DNA of 64,000 bases from an uncultured Acidobacteriota bacterium (GTDB lineage: Bacteria; Acidobacteriota; Vicinamibacteria; Vicinamibacterales; 2-12-FULL-66-21): NCBI GenBank assembly GCA_963717745.1, contig CAVQXJ010000002.1, forward strand, positions 222,063 to 286,062, read 5' to 3'. Position numbers and translations under genes: made by a program. A model generated the notes under the pieces. That model did not search any database and was not told the origin of the DNA. It was given only the letters and a program-made list of their open reading frames with translations. Shown here in pieces: positions 35,431 through 43,016 of the stretch (positions within the stretch are counted from its first letter, which is position 1; each line of letters starts with the position of its first letter).

Positions 35431-36678
35431 ATGAAAATGCTCCTCGCCTCCAGCCTCTTGACCGCGTCCGTGCTGATATCCGGACCGGTCGATCAACAGC
35501 CCGCCGGCTCGGCGGCAGCCATGTCGGGCACCTGGCGGGCGCGGCTGTCGGAGACCTGGACTCGCCGGGACGGCGAGCGCTGGGTGTCGTTGAATCTGCA
35601 GCGCGACGGCAATCACAACTACGGCACGTCGGTGCGCCAGTCCGAGCTCGAGGCCGCCGGCATCCGCGGCGAGTCGTTCTCGGGCAGCAACGTGCATTTC
35701 TCGCTGCCGCGGGCCGCCGGCCGGTTCGAGTTCGAGGGCTCGTTCGACTCGGGCCGCGGCGGCGGGACGTTCCGCTTCACGCCGGACGCCGCGTTCATCT
35801 CGTCGCTTCAGAAGACCGGGCGTCAGGTGTCGACCGACGACGCCCTGCGGCTGGCGCTTCATGATGTGGATCAGGCCTTCATCGCGTCGATCGAGGCCGC
35901 CGGCTACAAGGGCGTGAGCGTCGAGGATCTGATCAAGATGCGCATCCACGGGGTGGACGCCGACTACATCAGCGGCCTGCGAAAGGCCGGCTACACCAGC
36001 CTGTCCGTCGAGGATCTCATCAAGACCCGGATTCACGGCGCCACCCCCGCCTACGTCGCCGAGATGCGCAACGCCGGCTATACCGGCCTGTCCATCGACG
36101 ACCTGGTGAAGACCCGGATTCACGGCGCGACCCCGGCGTTCATGCAGGAGGTGAAAGCCGCGGGCTTCGAGCGGCTCTCGGTGGACGATCTCGTGAAGAT
36201 GCGGATCCACGGCGTGTCCGCCGACTTCATCCGCCAGATGCGCGCCCTCGGCCACAAGGAGCTGACCATCGACGACATGGTCGGCATGCGGATCCACGGC
36301 GTCAGCCCCGAGTTCATGAAAGAGATCAGCGCGCTCGGCTACCCGAACCCGCGCATCAAGGATCTCGTCGCGATGCGGATTCACGGCGTCACCGCGGCGT
36401 TCGTCAAGGAGCTGGCGGCGCTCGGCTATACCAAACTGTCGATCGACGACCTCGTGAAGATGAAGATTCACGGTGTGACCCCGCAGTTCATCCGCGAGCT
36501 CAAGGATCTCGGTTACGGGTCGGTGGCCTCCGAGCGGCTGGTGCAGTTCCGCATCCACGGCGTGGATGGCGAGTTCATCCGCGAGGTGCAGAAGGCCGGC
36601 ATGAAGGACATGACAGAACAGGAGCTGGTGGAGTTCAGCATCCACGGCGGCCGCCGCTGGCTGCGCCGGACACGTTAG
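35431..36678 (+). CDS. secreted tandem-repeat protein (about nine 29-aa LSxDDLVKMRIHGVTPEFIxELxxxGY repeats)
   Basis: ORF 35413..36678; ATG 35431 gives a signal peptide (MKMLLASSLLTASVL). Nine IHG-centred repeats with 87-nt DNA periodicity from about 35830 to 36660. Confidence 0.8.
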   Translation: MKMLLASSLLTASVLISGPVDQQPAGSAAAMSGTWRARLSETWTRRDGERWVSLNLQRDGNHNYGTSVRQSELEAAGIRGESFSGSNVHFSLPRAAGRFEFEGSFDSGRGGGTFRFTPDAAFISSLQKTGRQVSTDDALRLALHDVDQAFIASIEAAGYKGVSVEDLIKMRIHGVDADYISGLRKAGYTSLSVEDLIKTRIHGATPAYVAEMRNAGYTGLSIDDLVKTRIHGATPAFMQEVKAAGFERLSVDDLVKMRIHGVSADFIRQMRALGHKELTIDDMVGMRIHGVSPEFMKEISALGYPNPRIKDLVAMRIHGVTAAFVKELAALGYTKLSIDDLVKMKIHGVTPQFIRELKDLGYGSVASERLVQFRIHGVDGEFIREVQKAGMKDMTEQELVEFSIHGGRRWLRRTR

Positions 36679-36696
36679 CGGGGCAGAGGAAGAGAA

Positions 36697-36740
36697 CCCC
36701 GCGTGTCAAGGGAGAAGGCAGAAGGGAGAAGGGAGAAAGG
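36697..36740. repeat. repeat family B copy 3 (single arm)
   Basis: CCCCGCGTGTCAAGGGAGAAGGCAGAAGGGAGAAGGGAGAAAGG ends 1 nt before the rdgB stop codon. Preceded by the small hairpin GCGGGG-N13-CCCCGC. Confidence 0.85.
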
Positions 36741-37340
36741 CTAGCGGGCGAGAAGGTAGTCCCGGAACGCCCGGAAGGCGGCGCCGCGATGGCTCAACAG
36801 GGCCTTCGTGTCATCGTCTACCTCGCCGAGGGTGCGGCCGAGCGGCGGGTAGAGGAAGATGGGATCGTAGCCGAAGCCGTTCCAACCTCTCGGCTCGGGG
36901 GCGATCGTTCCCTCCACCACGCCGTGCGATTCGAATACGACGCGCCCATCCTCGGCAAACGCGACGGCGGAGACGAACCGCGCCGCGCTCGTTGCCATGC
37001 CTTGTGCGGCGAGCAGCTCGTAGATTTTCATGAATTTCACCGGGTAGTCGTAGCCGTGCCAGCGCGCGGAGTGAATCCCGGGTGCCTGGTCGAGCGCGTC
37101 GATCTCGAGACCCGAATCATCCGCCACGCTGGGCATACCTGTCACCGCGGAGTAGTAGAGCGCCTTCAGCCGCGCGTTCTCGGCGAAGGTGGTGCCGTCC
37201 TCCTCGGGTTCCGCAACCGGAGGCAGGTCGGCAAGCGCCAGGAGATCGGCGGGAACGCCGCGGAGGATACCGCGGATTTCGCGAGTCTTCCCGGGATTGG
37301 TTGTCGCAATCAGAATGCTCCGGGGGCCTGACGACTCCAT
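36741..37340 (-). CDS. rdgB: dITP/XTP pyrophosphatase (RdgB/HAM1 family)
   Basis: ORF 36741..37952 trimmed to ATG 37340. ILIATTNPGKTREI...SVADDSGLEIDALDQAPGIHSARW...GFGYDPIF...SHRGAAF. Confidence 0.9.
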   Translation of the reverse strand: MESSGPRSILIATTNPGKTREIRGILRGVPADLLALADLPPVAEPEEDGTTFAENARLKALYYSAVTGMPSVADDSGLEIDALDQAPGIHSARWHGYDYPVKFMKIYELLAAQGMATSAARFVSAVAFAEDGRVVFESHGVVEGTIAPEPRGWNGFGYDPIFLYPPLGRTLGEVDDDTKALLSHRGAAFRAFRDYLLAR

Positions 37341-37342
37341 CG

Positions 37343-38071
37343 CTATTTCAGCGGCCCGGTGACGGCACGCTGCATCTCGACCAGAGTGCGGATGCCGCCG
37401 TCGGCGAGCTCCATCAGGCTGTCGAGCGCTCCACGCTCGAACGGCGGCCCCTCGGCCGTGCCCTGCAATTCCACGAACCGTCCGTCGCCGGTCTTGACGA
37501 CGTTCATGTCGACGTCGGCGCGCGAATCTTCTTCGTAGGCGAGATCGAGCATGGGAACGCCGCCGACCACGCCGACGCTGGTCGCCGCGACGAAGTCCTG
37601 GACCGGAATGCTGCGCAGCACGCCGGCGTCGCGCAGCTTGCGGAGCGCGAGCACCAGCGCGACGAACCCGCCGGTGATCGACGCCGTCCGGGTTCCGCCG
37701 TCGGCCTGGATCACGTCGCAGTCCACCCAGATCGTCCGTTCGCCGAGCTCGTTCAACCGCGTCACCGATCGGAGCGATCGGCCGATCAGCCGCTGGATCT
37801 CCTGGGTGCGGCCGCCGACCTTGCCGGCGCTGGCCTCTCGCTGGGTGCGGGTCGAGGTGGCGCGCGGCAGCATGCCGTACTCCGCGGTGACCCAGCCCTT
37901 GCCGGTGTTGCGGAGGAACGGCGGCACGCGCTCTTCGACGCTCGCGCTGCAAATCACCCGGGTCTTTCCCACTTCGATCAGGACCGAGCCTTCCGCGTGC
38001 ACCAGGAAGCCCGGCGTGATGATCGTCTCGCGCAGCTGCCCGGCCGCCCGGCCGTCGATTCGGGTTGTCAT
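37343..38071 (-). CDS. rph: ribonuclease PH
   Basis: ATG at 38071. [12 protein letters not shown]...[20 protein letters not shown]...[13 protein letters not shown]...[16 protein letters not shown]. Confidence 0.92.
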   Translation of the reverse strand: MTTRIDGRAAGQLRETIITPGFLVHAEGSVLIEVGKTRVICSASVEERVPPFLRNTGKGWVTAEYGMLPRATSTRTQREASAGKVGGRTQEIQRLIGRSLRSVTRLNELGERTIWVDCDVIQADGGTRTASITGGFVALVLALRKLRDAGVLRSIPVQDFVAATSVGVVGGVPMLDLAYEEDSRADVDMNVVKTGDGRFVELQGTAEGPPFERGALDSLMELADGGIRTLVEMQRAVTGPLK

Positions 38072-38682
38072 CAGTTTTCTTTCTCCGTTTTCACCCACTT
38101 CAGGTTTTTCTCGAGCGGATGTCGCAGATCGACATGACCCGCCAGCGTATCGACCTCTTTGCCGTCGATCAGGATCTGCACGCGCGAGATCGCCGGCAGG
38201 TTCACCGTCAGCGCATCGACGATCGCATAGACCGTGAACAGCTCGTCCAGCGCGCCGCCGGTATGTCTGGTCCGGGCATCAGGGCTCAGGTCCACGAAGG
38301 CATCCCGCTGACAGCTCGCGGCCGCGGCATCGCAGTCGCGTTCCGTCACGTACACCCCGCGCAGCGTCGTCCCGGCCGGCACCGCGGCGGCGAGCGGCTC
38401 GGGCGCCGCCCCGAGCTGGGTATGCACGATCCAGCGCGCCTGTTCGGACACCGATTCACCGAACGGCACTTCGCGCTGCGCGCCGACGAGCGACATCCCG
38501 TCTTCCGAGACGTAGTACAGCGTGGCGGTGATCTTGCGCTCGGGGATCGGCACCGCCGGCGCAGCGGCCGGCGTGGCCGGAGCGGGCCGGCCGTACCATC
38601 GCGGCAGACCGTAGAACAGCAGCCATGCACCGGCGATCGCCACCGCCGTGATGACGATGACGGGCGCCGCGCGGCGCGGCAT
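38071..38682 (-). CDS. GerMN-domain membrane-anchored protein
   Basis: ORF 38071..39003 trimmed to ATG 38682 (TGATG overlap with the amidase gene). TM, then TLYYVSEDG...[39 protein letters not shown]. Confidence 0.75.
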   Translation of the reverse strand: MPRRAAPVIVITAVAIAGAWLLFYGLPRWYGRPAPATPAAAPAVPIPERKITATLYYVSEDGMSLVGAQREVPFGESVSEQARWIVHTQLGAAPEPLAAAVPAGTTLRGVYVTERDCDAAAASCQRDAFVDLSPDARTRHTGGALDELFTVYAIVDALTVNLPAISRVQILIDGKEVDTLAGHVDLRHPLEKNLKWVKTEKEN

Positions 38683-40226
38683 CAGCGGCGTGCTCCAGGG
38701 GCCGGCGCGGCGGGCGATCGAGACGACACGCCCTGGCTGTCGCGGAACCGGACGAGGCTGTCGACGAGCGCCTGAACGATGGACGACTGGAACGCCTCGG
38801 AGGCGAGCTGCTTTTCCTGCTCGGGATTCGAGATGAAGCCCATCTCCACCAGCACCGCCGGCATGTTGGCGCCGACCAGGACGCGAAACGGCGCCTGCTG
38901 AATCGCGCGCGGGCTCATCGGCACCCGCTCGCGCAGCGATGCTTCGATCAGGCGCGCGAAGCTGGCCGACTGCTCGATATGACGGGCCTGGGCCATCTCC
39001 CACAGGATGACTTCGATGTCGCGCGTGCCGCCGCCGAACACCGGCAGCGCCTCGCCCTCACCCTGGGCCACGCGTTGCGCCTGTGCGCCATAGTCGGCGA
39101 GGCTCAGGTAGAAGACCTCCGCGCCAGCGGCCGACAGGCGCACCGACGCGTTCGCGTGCAGGCTCAGGAACACGTCCGCCTTGTTGTTGTTGGCCACCGC
39201 GGCGCGCTCGTCCAGGCCGACCGTGGCATCCGCATCCCGCGTCAGGATCACCCGCGCGCCGAGACGACCTTCGATTGCCGCCTTGAGCCGCCGGGCGACG
39301 CCGAGCGTGACATCCTTTTCGAGCGTGCCCTGCGCACCGCGCGCGCCATGCTCGTCGCCGCCATGCCCGGCGTCGATGACGATGGTCCTGAGACCGCCGA
39401 CCGGCGACGACTCGAGCAGCGAGGGCTCGGGCGGAGGGGGAGGGGTTGCGGTGGCAGGCGGCGGCGTGGCCGGAGTGGGCTCCGTGGTCTGCGCCACCAC
39501 ATCGATGACGATCCGGCCGGCGCCCCGCTCGCCCGCGGCGTCGGCGGCGCGAAACGACGCGAACCGCGGACCGAGGTCGACGGCGACCACGATCGGCGGC
39601 TCGGCCACGCGCAGCGCCTGCACCAGGTCGGGCAGCGGAGACGCGGGCAGCGCCGCATCGAGCGCATCGGCGTCGAACCTCACCAGCAGCCGTCCGGGTT
39701 CCTGGGTGATGGCGTGCGGGGTCGCGGGGAGCACGTCGAGCGTAATCCGTGCGAGCGCGCCCCCCTGTGGCTCGATGCGCGCGGTGATCCGGGGCACGCG
39801 CAGATCGCCGGTCACGATCAGCCGCGACGGCCGCCGCAGCTCCAGCCGGGTACCGAGCGCCGGCCCGAGCGCCCGCGGCACGAAATCAATCGGGACGAAC
39901 CAGCTCCGGCCCTCCTTGACCGGCGGCGCCGGCAGCGACACCATCCGGCCGGCCGCGGAGGCCAGCGCCTGCCCCGCGGTCAACGCGATGGTCTGCGTCT
40001 TCGTGGAGACCGTCAGTCCGCCCGCCAGCGCATCCTCGCGCAGCGTCAGGTCGAAGATCTTCGCGAGATCGTCGAGCGCGAACATCTCCTGTCCGCTCAT
40101 CTGACGCACAGCGAGCGGGCGCCGCCCGTCGCGCATGAGAACGGTGTAGGGGGCCGGCGCCGGCGCGGCGGGCTGGACGGCCAGCGCCGCGAGCGCGGCC
40201 GTCATGAGGGCCAGGACGGCCACCAC
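38682..40226 (-). CDS. N-acetylmuramoyl-L-alanine amidase (Amidase_3, AmiC-like with N-terminal AMIN-like region)
   Basis: IVIDAGHGGDEHGA...EKDVTLGVARRLK...NNNKADVFLSLHANAS...FRVLVGANMPAVLVEMGFISNPEQE. Confidence 0.88.
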   Translation of the reverse strand: MVAVLALMTAALAALAVQPAAPAPAPYTVLMRDGRRPLAVRQMSGQEMFALDDLAKIFDLTLREDALAGGLTVSTKTQTIALTAGQALASAAGRMVSLPAPPVKEGRSWFVPIDFVPRALGPALGTRLELRRPSRLIVTGDLRVPRITARIEPQGGALARITLDVLPATPHAITQEPGRLLVRFDADALDAALPASPLPDLVQALRVAEPPIVVAVDLGPRFASFRAADAAGERGAGRIVIDVVAQTTEPTPATPPPATATPPPPPEPSLLESSPVGGLRTIVIDAGHGGDEHGARGAQGTLEKDVTLGVARRLKAAIEGRLGARVILTRDADATVGLDERAAVANNNKADVFLSLHANASVRLSAAGAEVFYLSLADYGAQAQRVAQGEGEALPVFGGGTRDIEVILWEMAQARHIEQSASFARLIEASLRERVPMSPRAIQQAPFRVLVGANMPAVLVEMGFISNPEQEKQLASEAFQSSIVQALVDSLVRFRDSQGVSSRSPAAPAPGARR

Positions 40227-40308
40227 GGCAGTGACCGACGAGCAGGCGACCCGACGCGCGGAAGCGTCTCACAGGCAAAACGCTTCAATCATAAACTGAC
40301 GTCCCGGG

Positions 40309-40614
40309 TCAGGGGGCAGGCTCGTACCAGTCAGCGTGGGGCGACCACTGGTGGCAGGACAGACAAGCCGTTTGTTCCCACTCCTTCGTGCACTGGGGAC
40401 AGACCCCGGCGGTATCGAAGGTGTTCCATCGGCAGTAGCAGCCCGGGTCGCAGTACCAGCGATCGCCCCTGCCCGGCTGCCATCCGCAGCGCGGGCAGCG
40501 GATCCGCCGTTGGCCGGGACCCAGCTCCCCCTGCTTCGATTCCGGCGTGCGCCGATGCACCAGGAAGGAGAGACAGGTGAGTGAGAGCAGGATTTCGATC
40601 ACGATGGTTTCCAA
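40309..40614 (-). CDS. small Cys-rich (zinc-ribbon-like) membrane-anchored hypothetical protein
   Basis: 101 aa. N-terminal TM, then CPRCGW...CDPGCYCRW...CPQC...CLSC (at least 10 Cys, several Trp). Confidence 0.55.
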   Translation of the reverse strand: METIVIEILLSLTCLSFLVHRRTPESKQGELGPGQRRIRCPRCGWQPGRGDRWYCDPGCYCRWNTFDTAGVCPQCTKEWEQTACLSCHQWSPHADWYEPAP

Positions 40615-40638
40615 TCTCGCGTCATTCGACGAGAAGAA

Positions 40639-41424
40639 TCACGTCCCGGGTTTCGGCCAGGGCGGCTGGGTGAACAACCCGCCGTCGACCCAGAGGGTCT
40701 GGCCGGTGACGAAGCCGCTGTCGTCGCTCGCCAGAAAGCGGACCGCGCGTGCGACGTCCTCGGGGAGGCCGACTCGCCCGAGCGGAGTGACGGCGCCCCA
40801 GGTGCTGGCGTAGTCATCCATCTCCCGCCGGGTCCGCTCGATTTCGATGGCGCCCGGCGCGACGCAGTTGACGCGGATGCGATGCGCGGCCAGCTCGACC
40901 GCCGTGACTTTCGTGAGCATTTCGATGCCGCCCTTGCTCGCGGTGTAGGCGGCCAGCCCGGGAAACGGCACCTTGTTGCAGCCGGAGCCGATGTTCACGA
41001 TCGCACCGCCGTGGCTCCGCATGTGTCGGGCCGCCGCCTGGGTGCAGAGGAAGCAGCCCTTCAGGTTCGTTCGGATCACCAGATCCCACTCGTCTTCGGT
41101 GACGTCGAGGAACGGGGTCCACGTCTGCACGCCGGCGTTGTTGACGAGAATGTCGAGCCGCCCGAAACGCGCGACGACCTCGTCCATCATGCGGCTGACG
41201 TCCACGGCGTTGCCGACATCGCCTGGCAGGGCGGCCGAGCGCACTCCGGCGGCGGCGAGATCGGCCGCGGTGGCCTCGGCCAGATCGGGCTCGACGAGGT
41301 AGTTGATGGCGACGTCGGCGCCGCCGCGGGCGAGCTCCAGCGCGATCTCGCGGCCGATGCCGCGTCCACCGCCGGTGACGAGCGCGGTGCGGCCGCCGAG
41401 CGAGGATCCGGCCGGGGCTGGCAT
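40639..41424 (-). CDS. short-chain dehydrogenase/reductase (SDR, FabG-like)
   Basis: ALVTGGGRGIGREIA...NNAGV...YTASKGG...WVDGG. Confidence 0.88.
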   Translation of the reverse strand: MPAPAGSSLGGRTALVTGGGRGIGREIALELARGGADVAINYLVEPDLAEATAADLAAAGVRSAALPGDVGNAVDVSRMMDEVVARFGRLDILVNNAGVQTWTPFLDVTEDEWDLVIRTNLKGCFLCTQAAARHMRSHGGAIVNIGSGCNKVPFPGLAAYTASKGGIEMLTKVTAVELAAHRIRVNCVAPGAIEIERTRREMDDYASTWGAVTPLGRVGLPEDVARAVRFLASDDSGFVTGQTLWVDGGLFTQPPWPKPGT

Positions 41425-41431
41425 GACGCCG

Positions 41432-42199
41432 CTACTTGCCCATGCTCCAGCCGCCGTCGATCAGCATCGGCGTGCCGGTCACGAATGCCGCCTCGTCGCT
41501 GGCGAGGTAGAGCACCGCCGCGGCGATCTCGTCGGGCCGGCCCATTCGCCCAATCGCCTGACTGCCGGCCATTTCACGATACGCCGCCTCCGGATCGGGA
41601 TACTCGCGCAGGCGCGCCTTCACGAACGGCGTCTCGACCCGGCCGGGGCAGACGCAGTTGACGCGGATGCCGTCGGTCGCGTGATCCATGGCCATCGCCT
41701 TGGTCAGCCCGACCACCGCGGACTTGGTCGTGACATAGGCCAGCCGATCGCGAATGCCCAACACACCGCCGATGGAAGCCATGTTGATGATGACGCCAGA
41801 TTTGCGGGCCAGCATCGGGCCGATGAACGCCTTGCTGACGTTGAAGACACCGCGCACGTTGACGGCGTAGAGTCGATCCATGTCGGCGCCGCCGGTGGTC
41901 ACCACGGTACCGACATGGCCGACCCCGGCGTTGTTGACGAGGATGTCGAGCCCGCCGTGCGCGGCGTGCACCTGCCCGGCGAGCGCCGCGAGCGCCGCTT
42001 CGTCGGTCACGTCGAGCTCGACGAACTCGGCCTGCCCCTTGTCACCGCCAATCGCCTCGGCCACCCGCTGGCCATTCGCCGCGTCGCGGTCCGCGATATA
42101 CACGTGCGCCCCCTGGCGCGCCAGCGTGTGCGCGATCGCCTCACCAATCCCCGAGCCCGCGCCGGTGACCAGCGCGGTCTTGTTGTCTAGTCGGAACAT
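41432..42199 (-). CDS. short-chain dehydrogenase/reductase (SDR)
   Basis: ORF 41432..42508 trimmed to ATG 42199 (MFRLDNKTALVTGAGSGIGEAIA). NNAGV, YVTTKSAVVGLTK. Confidence 0.88.
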   Translation of the reverse strand: MFRLDNKTALVTGAGSGIGEAIAHTLARQGAHVYIADRDAANGQRVAEAIGGDKGQAEFVELDVTDEAALAALAGQVHAAHGGLDILVNNAGVGHVGTVVTTGGADMDRLYAVNVRGVFNVSKAFIGPMLARKSGVIINMASIGGVLGIRDRLAYVTTKSAVVGLTKAMAMDHATDGIRVNCVCPGRVETPFVKARLREYPDPEAAYREMAGSQAIGRMGRPDEIAAAVLYLASDEAAFVTGTPMLIDGGWSMGK

Positions 42200-42207
42200 G
42201 GGGAGTG

Positions 42208-42285
42208 ATTGTATCGAGTCGCGGACCGTTGTCCGTTGTCCGCGGTCCGCGGGTTCGCGGTTCGGGAGTCGGGGGTTCGCGCTGG
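42208..42285. repeat. repeat family D copy 2 (reverse orientation relative to copy 1)
   Basis: The reverse complement reads GCGCGAACCCCCGACTCCCGAACCGCGAACCCGCGGACCGCGGACAACGGACAACGGTCCGC. Sits about 10-85 nt upstream of the SDR start codon. Confidence 0.75.
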
Positions 42286-42475
42286 TGGTTACGCACATCG
42301 AGCCGCTTGGATCAGCAACTGCGGCCGGCGTAACCCGAGGGCCGCCTGTAAGAGTCGCTACCTCCAACCAGCCCAGCGCGCTGAAAAATGAATGCTGACG
42401 GAGCTGTGGAATCAGCGAGAACGTGATTCGTCTCGCATGGCTTGCCAGCCGTAGCTCTCGCAACGGCACCGACTG

Positions 42476-42503
42476 GCCCGCCTTCGCCAAGGCTACGGCG
42501 GGC
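42476..42503. repeat. REP-like hairpin R copy 1 (GCCCGCC-N14-GGCGGGC)
   Basis: GCCCGCCTTCGCCAAGGCTACGGCGGGC. Its reverse complement matches 57800-57825 at about 23/26. Confidence 0.7.
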
Positions 42504-42539
42504 ACCAACCTTCGCGTGACAGGAGAGCGAAGGTTGGTG
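42503..42539 (-). terminator. 13-bp-stem hairpin at the 3' end of ssrA
   Basis: CACCAACCTTCGC-N11-GCGAAGGTTGGTG. One arm includes the tmRNA ACCA end. No clear U-tract. Confidence 0.45.
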
Positions 42540-42888
42540 GAGGCGGCGGGATTCGCACCCGCGTCCGAAAATACTTCCCCGCAGGAATCTACGATGCGTA
42601 TCCGCTTCTATTTTGTCGCTCCCGACGTGTGGAAGCGGCGAAGAACCGTCGGGAGCCAACCCCAGAAAATCTTATCGCTGACGTCTGAGGCACCCGTCAG
42701 CAACCAGCCTACTAAAATGACATCCACTCCCGGCCCGCAGGCTGACCGGGGTAGACGCTCACAGGTTCTTAGGCTGCGAGTGCGAGCTGCGTGTCCGCAG
42801 TTAGTGTTGTTTCCATCTTTTGTCGAGGGTGATGGTCCTCGGCACGCATCCTGCGAAACCGTACCTCCGTCGAATCTAGGTCGCCCCC
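42535..42888 (-). ncRNA. ssrA: transfer-messenger RNA (tmRNA, SsrA)
   Basis: Minus strand starts GGGGGCGACCTAGATTCGACGG and ends GGACGCGGGTGCGAATCCCGCCGCCTCCACCA (tRNA-Ala-like acceptor/T-arm). Internal tag frame GCG GAC ACG CAG CTC GCA CTC GCA GCC TAA gives ADTQLALAA. Confidence 0.93.
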
Positions 42889-42986
42889 AAAGGCGTCGTT
42901 CCTCATTATGAGGAACCTCGATTGTACGGCCCCCGGGGAATCGCGTCAAATTGCTGGTCTGGTTGAAGTTGCGGCTCGAACACCGC

Positions 42987-43016
42987 TTGACTTGCCGGAT
43001 CGGGGACTCCGATAAT
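42987..43016 (+). promoter_or_regulatory. sigma-70-like promoter candidate TTGACT-N18-GATAAT, possibly producing a leaderless mRNA
   Basis: The -10 hexamer overlaps ATG 43015. A second in-frame ATG at 43024 lies 7 nt downstream of the -10. No SD sequence is visible. Confidence 0.35.

Noticed and set aside
42200-42534. A genomic island or prophage integrated at the tmRNA 3' end.
   Set aside because: No integrase and no duplicated ssrA 3' segment occur within the window. The adjacent genes (SDRs, amidase operon) look like native housekeeping genes.
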